From Eledone cirrhosa (lineage: Eukaryota): DNA of 64,000 nucleotides. The notes under the pieces were generated by a model. That model was not told the DNA's origin. It saw nothing but the letters and a program-made list of their open reading frames with translations, and ran no database searches. Positions within the stretch are counted from its first letter, which is position 1. Each line of letters opens with the position of its first letter. The stretch covers positions 321,222,001-321,286,000 of the forward strand of contig OZ024740.1 of assembly GCA_964016885.1 (NCBI GenBank). The letters are read 5' to 3'. Below, in pieces: positions 1 to 12,429 of this stretch. The position numbers and the translations under genes are program-made.

Positions 1-690
1 AGTGTAAATATATAGTGTGTATATAGTGTGCGTAGTGTATATAGTGTATGGCTGTGTTGAGATGGTCCTTCTTTGATATGTAAAATTGGGGGGTTTGCTG
101 TGTATTCTAATTTTCGTTTTGTGTGTGTATAACCCCCCCCCCCCTGAAGTGCCTGGGTTCCCCAAGGTCTAAATCCAACCCTGGGTCGACATGAGGCTAT
201 GGTAAATGATGCCTGTTTAAGATATGCCACGATATCTGTGATTGAATACGGGACCTAATATCTACGTAACAAGCTCCTTAACCATTCAGCCATGATACGT
301 TCACACTGATAGACAACGATATAAATGAATAAACAACAACAAACAAACGATAGCAAATAGTTATTTATCCTGAGTAAATATTATAACACTGACACATACA
401 CAGAAACTGTACACAAAAACTGTACTCAAAAACTGGTTATTACGATTAAATGGCGGACGTTGTTAATCTCCCCCTCCCTCTCATCTTCTCTATCGTATTA
501 CAAGCAGACGATAATACAAAGCAACAGCATCGAGTTAATCCAGATGAATTAACACTAAAAAATACGGTTTGTTAAGCAACACACAGCAGCATAAACATAC
601 ACACTTTTAACAATCCCATACATGCATGCATACATACATACATACATACATACATACATACATACATACATACATACATACATACATACA

Positions 691-1298
691 TGGTGGCTGC
701 CAACTCGTTTTCGAGTACGGCCACTGCTTTATATCCATGTAGGAGAACCCCTACCAATGCGCTGAACGAGTGTGACTTTTTAGTCCAGCCAGCGACTTGA
801 AAACTCTGGTACAAACACTACACTTGTGACAATTATTGACACATAGTGCTAGGCCCATGGTACCGTGTGACGACAAGTGCAGAGAGATCTCCAGATATAA
901 AGCAATGCCTGTGCCGTGAAGCTTTTGTAGTGAGAAAAGGCTCTGCACAAAGCCAGTCCCACTCTCTTGACCAAGATGATATTTACCAAAATGAAGAACA
1001 AGTCAACATCATTGGATACCATCAGGGTTGCAGGTGTTATATCAGAGTTTTCCTTCTCATAGAATTCTGCCTTGACAAAGGCTAAGGGGTCATCTCTCCC
1101 GGTGATTTTTGATGGCCATTGACTCTTAAGAGCTGCTTTGCCCTTTGACAGGTTTTGTTTTTAGTCCTGCAGGATGTCCAAAGTCACCCTCCTCACCAAG
1201 AAACCTTGGTGGGGTTGCCAGTTTAGTCGCCAACGACCCGTCCACGAGACAGGTTGTACTGGGATACATGTTACCAGTAGCACCAACTGGTGACCTGA
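691..1298 (-). mobile_element. ~610-bp non-autonomous RTE-like retroelement within (CATA)n
   Basis: Second copy at 21061-21629 (+). 3' part encodes C2H2 motif CSVCTRVFKSLAGLKSHTRSAH followed by stem-loop ctcgaaaacgag, as in RTE 3' ends; no RT. Confidence 0.6.
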
Positions 1299-1340
1299 CA
1301 TACATACATACATACATACATACATACATACATACATACA

Positions 1341-1370
<30 letters not shown>

Positions 1371-1371
<1 letters not shown>

Positions 1372-1652
1372 CCAGTATCCAAGATACACCTTTAGCTTCA
1401 TACCGATCATTATTGGAGCTACGGGTTATATACCAACCCGCTTTGACCAAAGTATGACTGAACTTGGATTTGCGGACAAAAAGCACAGCTCCCTAATTCA
1501 TAGTCTACAAATGGCTGCGATAGCTGGCACCTTCAAAATTTGCAAAACATTCTTGCGATTCAAGGGATGACAATTTCTTTTCTTTTACAACCTTGCCACC
1601 AGGAAGGTGGCCGGTCAAAAAAAATAAATACTCGAAATTAAGAGAAAGAGAT
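1371..1652 (+). mobile_element. R4/Dong-clade non-LTR element, 3' fragment flanked by (CATA)n
   Basis: YPRYTFSFIPIIIGATGYIP...LQMAAIAGTFKICKTFL, the C-terminus of the restriction-like endonuclease (RLE), plus 3' UTR. Confidence 0.8.
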
Positions 1653-1740
1653 AACATACATACATACATACATACATACATACATACATACATACATACA
1701 TACATACATACATACATACATACATACATACATACATACG

Positions 1741-3783
1741 CACAGAGCTACTGGAGATCTGTATGGGAAACAAATGATGGATTTAACAAACAAACTAAAT
1801 GGCTAAAAGAACTGGAACAGGAATACTGCCAGCATGTCCAGACAAAACGATTTGATGGGTCAATACTGGAAACAGCTCTACTGCTCCAATGGTTATCAAC
1901 TGCCATTAGTCCCCCCCCCCCCCCCAAAAAAAAAATTACCAAACCATCCTTGTTAAAAATTACAGCCCAATAGCCTGCCAAAACACCATGTATAAATTAT
2001 ACACTGGGTGCCTTAACCTGTTCTTACAGGATCATTGTGCTACCAACAACCTTATAACACCTGAGTAAGCTGGTGGAAAGAAGGAGGTGTGGGGCTGCAT
2101 AGAACACCTACTAACAAATAAAATGATACAGGGAAAAACAGCAAAGAATCACAGGAACATGACTGTGGTGTGGCTGGACTATCAGAAGGAATTTGATAGT
2201 GTCCCTCATGGGTGGATTATTAAGGCTTTACAGTCAAAGTCCCACAGTCACTAGTAGCTGCTGTTGAACGCCCGACCAAGAAACGCTACATCAATTTGAT
2301 CCTTAGGGATGAGAAAGAGCAAATTAAGACTGATACAATACACTACAAGGAAGGTATTTTTCAGGGTGATAGCTTATCAGTGCTGATCTTCGTCCTCTCA
2401 CTAAACCCACTATTATACCTGCTCACAAAACAAAGTGGTCATGGAAGTGGGTCCAGAAGTATCTCCTATCTTTTCTTTGTTGATGGCCTGAAGTTGTATG
2501 GGCCAAATACCAACTATATCAAAAAACAATTGGACCTCATTACACAATTTTCTGCAGACATTAGAATGAAGTTTTTTAAGCCCAATTGTGCATATTTGAC
2601 GGTAAGGTTGTGCCCTCCTCTGGAAATCTAGAGATGAACAGCTTGACAATACAACCTCTATAGTCAGGTGACAACTACAGATATCTTGGACAAGATATGA
2701 TGGACCCATAAATAAGGAAAGAACCAGAACTGAATACCCCCAGGAGAGTAAAGAAAATATGGTCATCAGAACTCTCAGCATACAACAAATATATTGCCCA
2801 CAATACTTATGCTGTGCCAATCCTAACACAAACATTTGGTCTGAATTAGTCATTGCAAGAACTAAGTGAGATGGATGTAAGAACTCGCAAGCTTCTCAGT
2901 GTTACTGGAAACTTTAACCTCAATGGGGATGTGGATAGGCTATACTTCTCACGCAGGGAAGGTGGCCGGGGTCTAAAATCCATATTAACATCATACGAGA
3001 CACGGATAGTAACACTGAAGCAACATCTTCAACAGAAGAAAAAGGTCAGCAACCATCTTGCCCAGGTTTATGAGCATGGAAGAAATAATTGTTTCTACTT
3101 TGGGCACAAGGCCAGCAATTATCCCAGTGTATTACTGTTACTTTATTTTATCGACCCCGTAAGGATGAAAGGCAAAGTTAACCTCGGCGGGATTTGAACT
3201 CAGACCATAAAGGGCCATAACTCTTTGCTGCAAAAGCCACTGATCTGGAGGAGAGGTATGGAATAAGGCCTAATATAAATCTCTCTCCCAGGAACATTGG
3301 AAGATCCTATTCAATGCTCTGACAAGATAAAAAATGGACCAATTTGCAGAGAAAGTTGTGCATGGGTACCTGAGACGAAAAACACAGACCACAGAGGGGA
3401 TAAATCATTCAAAATGCCTGGCATGGAGTTCCGAGAAGTTTATGACATCCCACCTTGAAGGATATCTCTATGCAATACAGGAACAAGAAACCACTACCAA
3501 ATATCTGCTCCACAAAAGAGGAGGGCCATCAGTCGACAATAAATGTAGGCTTTGTAAAACAAAGATCGAAGATGTTAGCCACATTGTTACCAACTGTGAA
3601 AGAATGTCGTCTCGTTACTACCTCCCTATGAGACACGATGTGATAGCTAGAATCATCTGGAACGAGCTTAGGAAAACAAAATTAAAAACAAATGAGGAGG
3701 AATATGTTGAGATAGATGGAACTAAAGAATACTGGTGGAACCTGAAAATAAAATCTGCCACCAAATTAAAGCACAACTGGCCC
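1741..3783 (+). mobile_element. R4/Dong-clade non-LTR retrotransposon, decayed (RT + CCHC + RLE)
   Basis: VWLDYQKEFDSVPH, GIFQGDSLS, FVDGLKLY, RLYFSRREGGRGL, CRLC..EDVSHIVTNC..RHD..WWN..HNWP; frameshifted; begins right after (CATA)n. Confidence 0.9.
3085..3225 (-). mobile_element. tRNA-derived cephalopod-type SINE fragment inserted in the R4 element
   Basis: Reverse complement has B-box-like ctgagttcaaatcccgccgagg...tttgcctttcatccttacggggtcgataaa; related copies near 17915-18070, 47850-48385, 48508-48570, 55562-55655, 56705-56800, 60170-60300. Confidence 0.75.
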
Positions 3784-4691
3784 GAAGATGATGAATTAAT
3801 TACTGACAAAGGTAGCATATGTGGATAAAATGACATTGATTTCAAAGGAGTGTCATCAGTTGTAAGGGACTTAAGTCTTTTGAAGAAATCATCTGATTTG
3901 TTAGCTTTCAAACTGGTAGAAAAACATTTGCTGTTACTAGTAACCAAAATCTCGTTATATCGCTTTGAAGAAAAGAATTTACTGCTCTTCTCAAAAGTGA
4001 ATGATTTTGTTTTCTGCGGGGATTACTGATGAATTTTGGAATCGGAACACACACCAAGTGAGTGGTAGTCATTCAGTGATGTAGTGGGTCTGATGCAGCA
4101 GGTGTCACTGGTTGTTCTCCACGGCAATGTCTTCGCCATTTTGTCTGCGGAGTGTAGATGAGGCATACATCCTAGAATGGGATGTAGAGTCTGCCGTCTC
4201 CTCCCCCATTAAACCCTACTTCTACTGTTTATTTTTTTCTCTTTATTTCTTTCTCATTTCTTCTCGTTCTTTTTCATTTTTTCTTTTTTTTTTTTTGTAT
4301 TATTTTATGTATTATCATTTCCATGTATAAAAAGCATTGAAAAAAAAATCTATTTATTTCATTCCTGTTGCTTCTGTTAGGTGACGAATTAAACAACCAC
4401 AAATCGTTCGTGTGTCAACAAATAATAAGCAATATGGCGACATTAAAAGCAGATGTCATTGTCATATAATTAATGACTTTGTTGACATGGGATTTGTGCT
4501 GAATAGAAGGAAACAAGGCACGGATTAAACAGTTTAAAACAGCAAAAACTAAGTTTCAAGCAACCAGTGAAGTGTCGAAGGGGATAAACAGATCACAAGA
4601 CACAAATAACAAGACCGGATTAGGAGTTTGATTATTCTGTAAACGAACACGATTATAATTAATTAGGACACTAGCTTTGTAATAATAATTA

Positions 4692-4714
4692 TAGTAGTAG
4701 TAGTGGTAGTAGTG

Positions 4715-4777
<63 letters not shown>

Positions 4778-4975
4778 ACTGTAGTAGTAGTCGTGGTGGT
4801 AGTAGTTACTGTAGTAGAAGTCGTGGTGGTGGTAGTAGTTGTTGCAGTTGTAACAACGGTTGTTGTTATTGTACTAGTAGTAGCTGTTATTGTAGTAATA
4901 GTTGTTGTTGTTGTTGTTGTTTCGACTGTTGCGGTTGCTGTTGTTGTTGCAGTTGAAGTTATTTTTGTTGTGGCA
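4692..4975. repeat. (TAG)n/(GTT)n compound microsatellite
   Basis: Directly visible. Confidence 0.95.
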
Positions 4976-5049
4976 ATGTGGCAACGGTTGTTGCTGATGT
5001 TAAGCTACTGTGTAGTTATTTCTTTGTTTGTTCGTTTGTTTCATATCAA

Positions 5050-6298
5050 CTGTCTCTTTTTCACCGGTTTTATCCAGGTGTACTGTCTCCTTCCCACCGG
5101 TTTTATCCAGATATACTGTCTCCTTCTCACCGGTTTTATCCAGGTGTACTTCTCCTTCTCACCGGTTTTATCTAGGTATATTGTCTCCTTCTCACCGGTT
5201 TTATCCAGATATACTGTCTCCTTCTCACCGGTTTTATCCAGATATACTGTCTCCTTCTCACCGGTTTTATCCAGGTGTACTGTCTCCTTCTCACCGGTTT
5301 TATCCAGATATACTGTCTCCTTCTCACCGGTTTTATTCAGGTGTACTGTCTCCTTCTCCCCGGTTTTATCCAGATATACTGTCTCCTTCTCCCCGGTTTT
5401 ATCCAGGTGTATTGTCTCCTTCCCACCGGTTTTATCCAGGTATATTGTCTCCTTCTCACCGGTTTTATCCAGGTATAGTGTCTCCTTCTCACCGGTTTTA
5501 TCCAGATATACTGTCTCCTTCTCACCGGTTTTATCCAGGTATACTGTCTCCTTCTCACCGGTTTTATCCAGGTATATTGTCTCCTTCTCACCGGTTTTAT
5601 CCAGATATACTGTCTCCTTCTCACCGGTTTTATCCAGATATATTGTCTCCTTCTCACCGGTTTTATCCAGGTATATTGTCTCCTTCTCACCGGTTTTATC
5701 CAGGTATACTGTCTCCTTCTCACCGGTTTTATCCAGGTATATTGTCTCCTTCTCACCGGTTTTATCCAGGTGTACTGTCTCCTTCTCACCGGTTTTATCC
5801 AGGTGTACTGTCTCCTTCTCACCGGTTTTATCCAGATATACTGTCTCCTTCTCACCGGTTTTATCCAGGTATATTGTCTCCTTCTCACCGGTTTTATCCA
5901 GATATACTGTCTCCTTCTCACCGGTTTTATCCAGGTGTACTGTCTCCTTCTCACCGGTTTTATCCAGATATACTGTCTCCTTCTCACCGGTTTTATCCAG
6001 GTATACTGTCTCCTTCTCACCGGTTTTATCCAGATATACTGTCTCCTTCTCACCGGTTTTATCCAGGTGTACTGTCTCCTTCTCACCGGTTTTATCCAGG
6101 TGTACTGTTTCCTTCTCACCGGTTTTATCCAGGTATATTGTCTCCTTCTCACCGGTTTTATCCAGGTGTACTGTCTCCTTCTCACCGGTTTTATCCAGGT
6201 GTACTGTCGCCTTTTCATCAGTTTTATCCAGAAATACTATCTCCTCGCCGGTTTTATGCAGATATACTGCCACCTCCTCACCGGTTTTATCCAGATTT
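5050..6298. repeat. 33-bp minisatellite, roughly 37-38 units
   Basis: Unit tgtctccttctcaccggttttatccagRtRtaY; homogeneous centre, degenerate right end. Confidence 0.97.
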
Positions 6299-6493
6299 AC
6301 TCAAACCAATGATGGCGTACCAGACCATACTTGATTTATGATTTGAGAAGAAAACAACATGGCAGCATCTGTGACATGAAGGAAAATGTCAACGAATTAA
6401 CGTCGATAACAATAACAGCAACGTGTAAGATGAAGTAGAATTGGCAGGTTTTAGCAAGAATATGCGCGCGCCCGCGTATACATCTCTCTCATG

Positions 6494-6564
<71 letters not shown>

Positions 6565-7068
6565 TATATATATACATATGCAGAAATATATGGAGGAGAA
6601 AGCAAGACATTTAATAACAAAATTTATTTCTTACACGGTGTTTCGTCATTAAGTACATTCATAATTCAACAGGTGGATACATGCGGTTTGCATCCTACCG
6701 CATCCTTAAGCATTGAACACGTTTCGCTTTGTCTAAGGCAGCTAACATACTATATGACCGAAAAGATTACTCAATACCGAAGTAGAGTTGTAATATTCAT
6801 TTTATTAAGGCTAAATAGTGGGTCTTGTTACTTTGGAGTTTCGCATGTTTATCACAGGACCATCGACTCTGTCATAAACATGTGAAATTCCAATGTTTTA
6901 TGTATGTATAGGCATTAACTTCTGGGCGATATAACATTCAATGGTCAATAAAATCAATTGACAGTGAAGTAGTGAGATCGATGTAATCAAGTATTATGAT
7001 CAATACAATGAAGAAGACCTCACCCTAAAATACAAGAGCTTCTTATGTTATAAATCATTATTTCTTTG

Positions 7069-7266
7069 TCTCTTTTTCTATTGAAATTTTCGATTTTTTT
7101 TTTTTCAAGTTTATTTTCAATCAATACTTTCCAGTCGGTAGCCAATCGACGTTTTTGACTGTTTCTGCTCTTTTTCTATGGAAATTTTCGATTTTTTTTT
7201 TTTTCAAGTTTATTTTCAATCAATACTTTCCAGTCGGTAGCCAATCGACGTTTTTGACTGTTTCTG
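7069..7266. repeat. ~100-bp tandem duplication
   Basis: ctctttttcta..gaaattttcgattttt..caagtttattttcaatcaatactttccagtcggtagccaatcgacgtttttgactgtttctg occurs twice. Confidence 0.9.
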
Positions 7267-7449
7267 TTTATCAATAAAAACACGTGATATATCCCTGTGT
7301 AAATAATTCTGTCAAGTGTTTGGTAATATTAATAACTTTTGTGTTCGATGACTTCAGATTGTTATATCTATCTATCTATCTATCTATCTTTCTACCTATC
7401 TTTCTTTCTTTCTATATGTACATCAATATATACACGCATGTATATATAT

Positions 7450-7515
<66 letters not shown>

Positions 7516-7518
<3 letters not shown>

Positions 7519-7903
7519 TTATCCCCTGGTATTCGCAACAGTTACGTTCCTGTAGGACCCGCGAAGAGTGAAAAACCACGAATATTGGACGTGGTCCATA
7601 AAAATGTCTATAAACGTCAAAATATAACGTAAAATATAATTTAAAAAAAGAGCGTCTTATGCGAAGGGGCATCCAATAGGCCAGCAAATATGGTATATTG
7701 TTATTAATAATTTATCGTTAAAAAACATATATTGCCACGAAAAAAGCCATTAAAAAAATCGCGGAAGATATTTACTATTCCGTAAATATGCTGTGGTTTC
7801 CACAAACAATTATTAGTTAGGTTCTAAGTAAAATTACACGAATAACCGGGACCGCGAATATTGGAACCGCGAATATAGGGACCGTGAATGCCGGGGGTAC
7901 ACT
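7516..7903. mobile_element. pogo/Tigger-like MITE in (TA)n
   Basis: Imperfect TIRs cagttatcccctggtattcgc / gtgaatgccgggggtacact, TA context, subterminal accgcgaata repeats. Confidence 0.65.
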
Positions 7904-8210
7904 ATATATATATATATATATATATACATACATATATATATACGGAAAAAATGAAACGAAATTTCATTTCTCACTCTTAGTACGGCTGTTACTTAAATAT
8001 AAGTATGTATACGTACATACATATATGTATACAGACGTACAGTAGTATGTATATATATATACATACATGCACACATATATATATATATGTACGTATGGAT
8101 TCACCGAACATTTATTATAATGCTCGGTGTGTTTGTAAACAAACATCCCGAATTAAGCCGTACAGTGTCTAGCAACCATCGTTGCTCATTTGTTCAACCC
8201 TGACAAAGGA

Positions 8211-8253
8211 ACGCTGTACTAGTTTCAAGCTTATTACCTATCGTCAGCAACGT
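8211..8253 (-). ncRNA. Minimal type I hammerhead ribozyme
   Basis: Reverse complement: ACGTTG CTGACGA TAGGT AATA AGCTT GAAA CTAG TA CAGCGT (stem II mismatch). Confidence 0.7.
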
Positions 8254-8696
8254 ATACCTTCCTGCCAGATGATTGAACGTCTGAAAGTATATACTTTCCT
8301 TATGCATATTAACGGCTGATTAATATGCATATTAACGTCATATTAACGGGATGTTTGTTTACAAACACACTGAGTATTATAATAAATGTTCGGTGAATCC
8401 ATACGTACATATATATATGTGTGCATGTATATATATATATATATATACATACTACTGTACGTCTGTATACATATATGTATGTACGTATACATATATGTAT
8501 GTACGTATACATACTTATATTTAAGTAACAGCCGTACTAAGAGTGAGAAATGAAATTTCGTTTCATTTTTTCCGTTTATCGTTTTCGGTACCCCGGCCGA
8601 TTAACTCACTCGATATGCAAATTAGGCAGCTCAGCCGTTAATATGCATAAGGAAAGTATATACTTTCAGACGTTCAATCATCTGGCAAGAAGGTAT

Positions 8697-8739
8697 ACGT
8701 TGCTGACGATAGCTAATAAGCTTGAAACTAGTACAGCGT
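8697..8739 (+). ncRNA. Minimal type I hammerhead ribozyme
   Basis: ACGTTG CTGACGA T-AGCT-AATA-AGCT-T GAAA CTAG TA^ CAGCGT; palindromic stem III, GUA triplet. Confidence 0.8.
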
Positions 8740-8940
8740 TCCTTTGTGAGGGTTGAACAAATGAGCAACGATGGTTGCTAGACACTGTACGGCTTAATTC
8801 GGGATGTTTGTTTACAAACACACCGAGCATTATACTAAATGTTCGGTGAATCCATACGTACATATATATATATGTGCATGTATGTACATATACATACTAC
8901 TGTACGTCTGTATACATATATGTATGTACGTATACATACT

Positions 8941-8980
<40 letters not shown>

Positions 8981-9071
8981 TATATATAGTTGGTATATTT
9001 TGTGTACGCAGGATAGACCACTCGACGAAGTAATCATTTAGGTTTGTGTACTCCGGAGTATTGGTATAACT

Positions 9072-9245
9072 ATGAAGTAGAAGCTAGTAGGTTGGAATTT
9101 ACTTCATTTTATTGTTACATAATCGCTATTATAAGTATTTCGATAGTAACTCTTATGTAATAGTTACTGTCCAAATACGTATAACAGCGGTTATTATGTA
9201 ATCAATAAAATGAGTTAAATTCTACCTTACTGGCTTTTACTTCAT
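9072..9245. repeat. Imperfect ~170-bp palindrome containing a hammerhead 3' half
   Basis: tgaagtagaagctagtagg...gtatttcgatagtaact cttatgtaat agttactgtccaaatac...ccttactggcttttacttca. Confidence 0.8.
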
Positions 9246-9296
9246 TGTTATATATGTTATATATCCATACACACACAAACCCATACATACATGCAT

Positions 9297-9328
<32 letters not shown>

Positions 9329-9620
9329 GGATAATGAGGAAAATCTCTATATATTCCACTTTGTATTAATGGTGAGAATAAAAACTCAATACCCTCTTGT
9401 CTCATGATCTTGTGAGTACACAGGAGAAACTCCAGAGTAACAAGACTAAAACTTGACCTTAATAAATAACTATATATATATATATATATATATAGTTATG
9501 TAATAAACAACATAAGATAATTATTTCATTTACCAGTGGTTTCTTGAAAGCAAACAAATTTGCTTTCAGTCATCAGAATGAAAATCCTGGTGTTTTTATT
9601 GAATGTAGATTTGAAAAACC

Positions 9621-9676
<56 letters not shown>

Positions 9677-10524
9677 AAAATGGAGAGCTGCGTGGTTGCG
9701 GGTATATATATACATATATATACTGTATATATAGTTCAAGAATAAACGAGGCAAACACAGGGATGCGAAGAAAATTATATTAGGAAAATAAATAGAAAAA
9801 GCAAAAGGAAGTTAATAATATATGTATATTCTTTCTTTGTTTTCTTGACAAATTTTATAAGAATGAGATTCACGTGTACTTTTAACAGAAATGGATTAAA
9901 GTTATTCTGAAACCAGGATGTCTTTTAAGTGACTAATTTACCCACTTATCTCGCAACTACAGCCACAAAACTGAGGAAGTTATTCTATGTCTAAATCTTC
10001 TCTTTATTTCATAATCCAATAGAAAGTTCACACAAAGGTCTGACAGAAAATCTAGAATTTTGATATTATGAAAATCTTGTGAAATCTAGTTCACACAACA
10101 GATTAATCAGAATATTTATGATGACAGATCTGTAAACGTTGTAGGTTTTAAATCATCTTTATACACAATAAATGTGCCTTTAGGATAATTATTAAATCCA
10201 ACCACCTTCTATAACATTTAGGTCATCGTTATGAAGCTAATCACTTACTCTAATTAATAAGTCTAATAACATGTCGAATCAAAAGTCGCAGCTGGTGTTA
10301 AAATGTTAAGGTTCAAAGCGAAGGGTTAGTAGTTCGTATCTCAATACCGGGGATTAACGGAAAAGTAAACATTGTGGCGATACCGAAGACTTGGTCTTGT
10401 GCTACTTTTTTCCAAAAAATATGGAGAAGACATTGCTAATTAGTCGTGGTAACCAAGGTAAGAATAGCGGCTAAAAGGAAATGGTTCGACTAGGAATCGC
10501 ACATAAATATGGATTTTAGAGAAG

Positions 10525-10830
10525 TTAGCGTCACTCTAGAGCATAGCAGACATAAGTTTTTTGGAGATTAGCACCACACAACAGCACAAACGGATTTATA
10601 TATAATTAGCACCACATCACGGTACAACAAACACGAATTTCTATGGCGTTAGCACCACTCTACAGCACAATAAATACGGAACAACAAACCTAGGAAATTA
10701 TCATCATAGCACATCAGATTTGCTGGAAGTTAGCACCACACTACAACTCAGCAAACATAGATATCAGTGAAATTAGCACCATATCACAGCACAGCAAACA
10801 CGAATTAGTTAGCAACACATTACAGCATAG
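10525..10830. repeat. Degenerate ~40-bp tandem repeat
   Basis: Recurring ttagcaccacaYYacagcacaRcaaac motif, about 7 times. Confidence 0.7.
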
Positions 10831-11330
10831 TTACATTGCTGGTCATGTTTTCGTGTTTGCAATGTCTTATCAACCAAATTAACTTTAGAAAGTGGAGGGA
10901 TGTTTCCGTCTTCATAGATAACATTATAACTTCTGGTTTTTGTCGTCGTTGCTGTTGTTGGTGTTTAGCCCGAGGTTAGAATAGATAGAATAAACCAATG
11001 ATCACAGGCGTTCTAGCCATGACCAGCCCAGCTTTTTTTCAGATGTAGTATATTTAACATCTCTTTCTTTTTCTTTAGGTGGTCGGTATGATTTAAAGGA
11101 GATTTGGTTGCAGTTTTTCGTAAGTTGAGTGAGCCTCGTTGGTTCATGAGCTTCTTGTGTTTTTCCAGGCAGGTAGGAACCAATTTATAACGTTTCCACA
11201 AAAACGTGATAAAAACAATAAGTATCAGACTTGAAAAATAAAAGGGCCGATAAAATAGACTAAAATCCCCCCATGGAGATGCACACACATGGCCACAGAC
11301 TAATGACTATAAACCAGAAAAAGAGTGCAA

Positions 11331-11548
11331 TACGAGGGTGGGCTGAACAGTTCATAGGCTGGATACGAAGGAGTGATGCTAGAGCTGTGAAATCTTGCAT
11401 GCATTAATTTCAACTTTTCATATCAATAACTGCATTGTTTCTTTCCAAGGACTATGTATAAAAATAAATCTCATTTGGTCATTCTATGAGAGTATCTTGG
11501 TCAGCCTATGGACTGTTCAGTCTATAAACATTTAAGCCGACTCTCGTA
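11331..11548. mobile_element. mariner-type MITE
   Basis: TA-cgagggtgggctgaacagttcataggctg ... cagcctatggactgttcag...gccgactctcg-TA; ends ~23 bp from the calbindin splice donor. Confidence 0.7.
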
Positions 11549-11571
11549 AAAATATGTAATATAGAGCTTAC

Positions 11572-11658
11572 TTGCATGAATTCCACACTGGAGTCCAATG
11601 GATGATCTTTCCGGAATAGAAGTAAAAAATTCTCCTCCACTGGAAGTAGTTCTGTCAG
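11572..11658 (-). CDS. Cbp53E: Calbindin-32/calretinin-family protein, internal exon (EF2-EF3 linker)
   Basis: Minus strand ttcctttcccag|CTG...CAA|gtaagc; 87 nt, phase 0/0; LTELLPVEENFLLLFRKDHPLDSSVEFMQ carries the calbindin signature LLPxEENFLLLFR; in frame with the two upstream exons. Confidence 0.95.
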
Positions 11659-11805
11659 CTGGGAAAGGAAAATAATAAAACAAATAATTAAATAAAAACA
11701 ATAATGATAATTACTTATTGAAGGATGAATACGTGCTAAACATTGGAAAACAGAATGACTAGTCCATATCAAATATATGTGCGTGTATATATATATACAT
11801 ATATA

Positions 11806-11888
<83 letters not shown>

Positions 11889-11901
11889 ATAGTAGTAGTA
11901 A

Positions 11902-11948
<47 letters not shown>

Positions 11949-11949
11949 A

Positions 11950-11991
<42 letters not shown>

Positions 11992-11992
11992 A
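11806..11992. repeat. (TAG)n microsatellite
   Basis: Directly visible. Confidence 0.97.
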
Positions 11993-12039
11993 TGTCTATG
12001 AGTATATATGTACGTATGTATATATATATATATATATTA

Positions 12040-12378
12040 ATTCAAAATATTAACAAAATAGATATTCTTGTGATCAAGTATATTTTATTATACATATTTC
12101 AGAGGTACTGAGTTAAGTTCAACAGTACGTCCTCATCAGATAAAATAAGATGATGCATGATATACCCTGACATAGTAGATGGTTAAGATTCAGTCATGGT
12201 AGTGATATATATATAGTTATACTTGGGGAGGGTCATATTGTTGTAATAATATTGCCAGAGATAATAACAGAACACACTCACTGTTTAGTCAGTTTTCGCT
12301 TCTGTATCTTTTATATCTCCATAGTTAATTTATTTGGCAATCAATGTTTATCATTGATTGACCAGCGGTTAAAAATAC

Positions 12379-12429
<51 letters not shown>

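Larger units (their letters stand above)
7941..8990. mobile_element. Penelope-type pseudo-LTR cassette in inverted plus partial tandem arrangement, with two hammerheads
   Basis: 7941-8318 is the reverse complement of segments in 8348-8576 and 8632-8945. Confidence 0.75.

Noticed and set aside
1200-1298. HDV-like ribozyme at the 5' end of the RTE-derived element
   Set aside because: A CTAA plus ACTGG/CCAGT pairing is present, but I could not build a consistent P1/P3/P1.1 nested pseudoknot
5050-6298. CRISPR-like array
   Set aside because: Repeats are contiguous with no unique spacers; eukaryotic context and no cas genes
4703-6341. Long ORFs of 293-543 aa on both strands
   Set aside because: Produced by triplet microsatellites and a 33-bp repeat lacking stops; TGEK resembles the C2H2 linker but there are no Cys/His fingers
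6300-6369. Possible next calbindin exon after acceptor-like ttttccttcatgtcacag (minus)
   Set aside because: Phase-0 reading MLPCCFLLKS* stops early and does not resemble EF-hand 3
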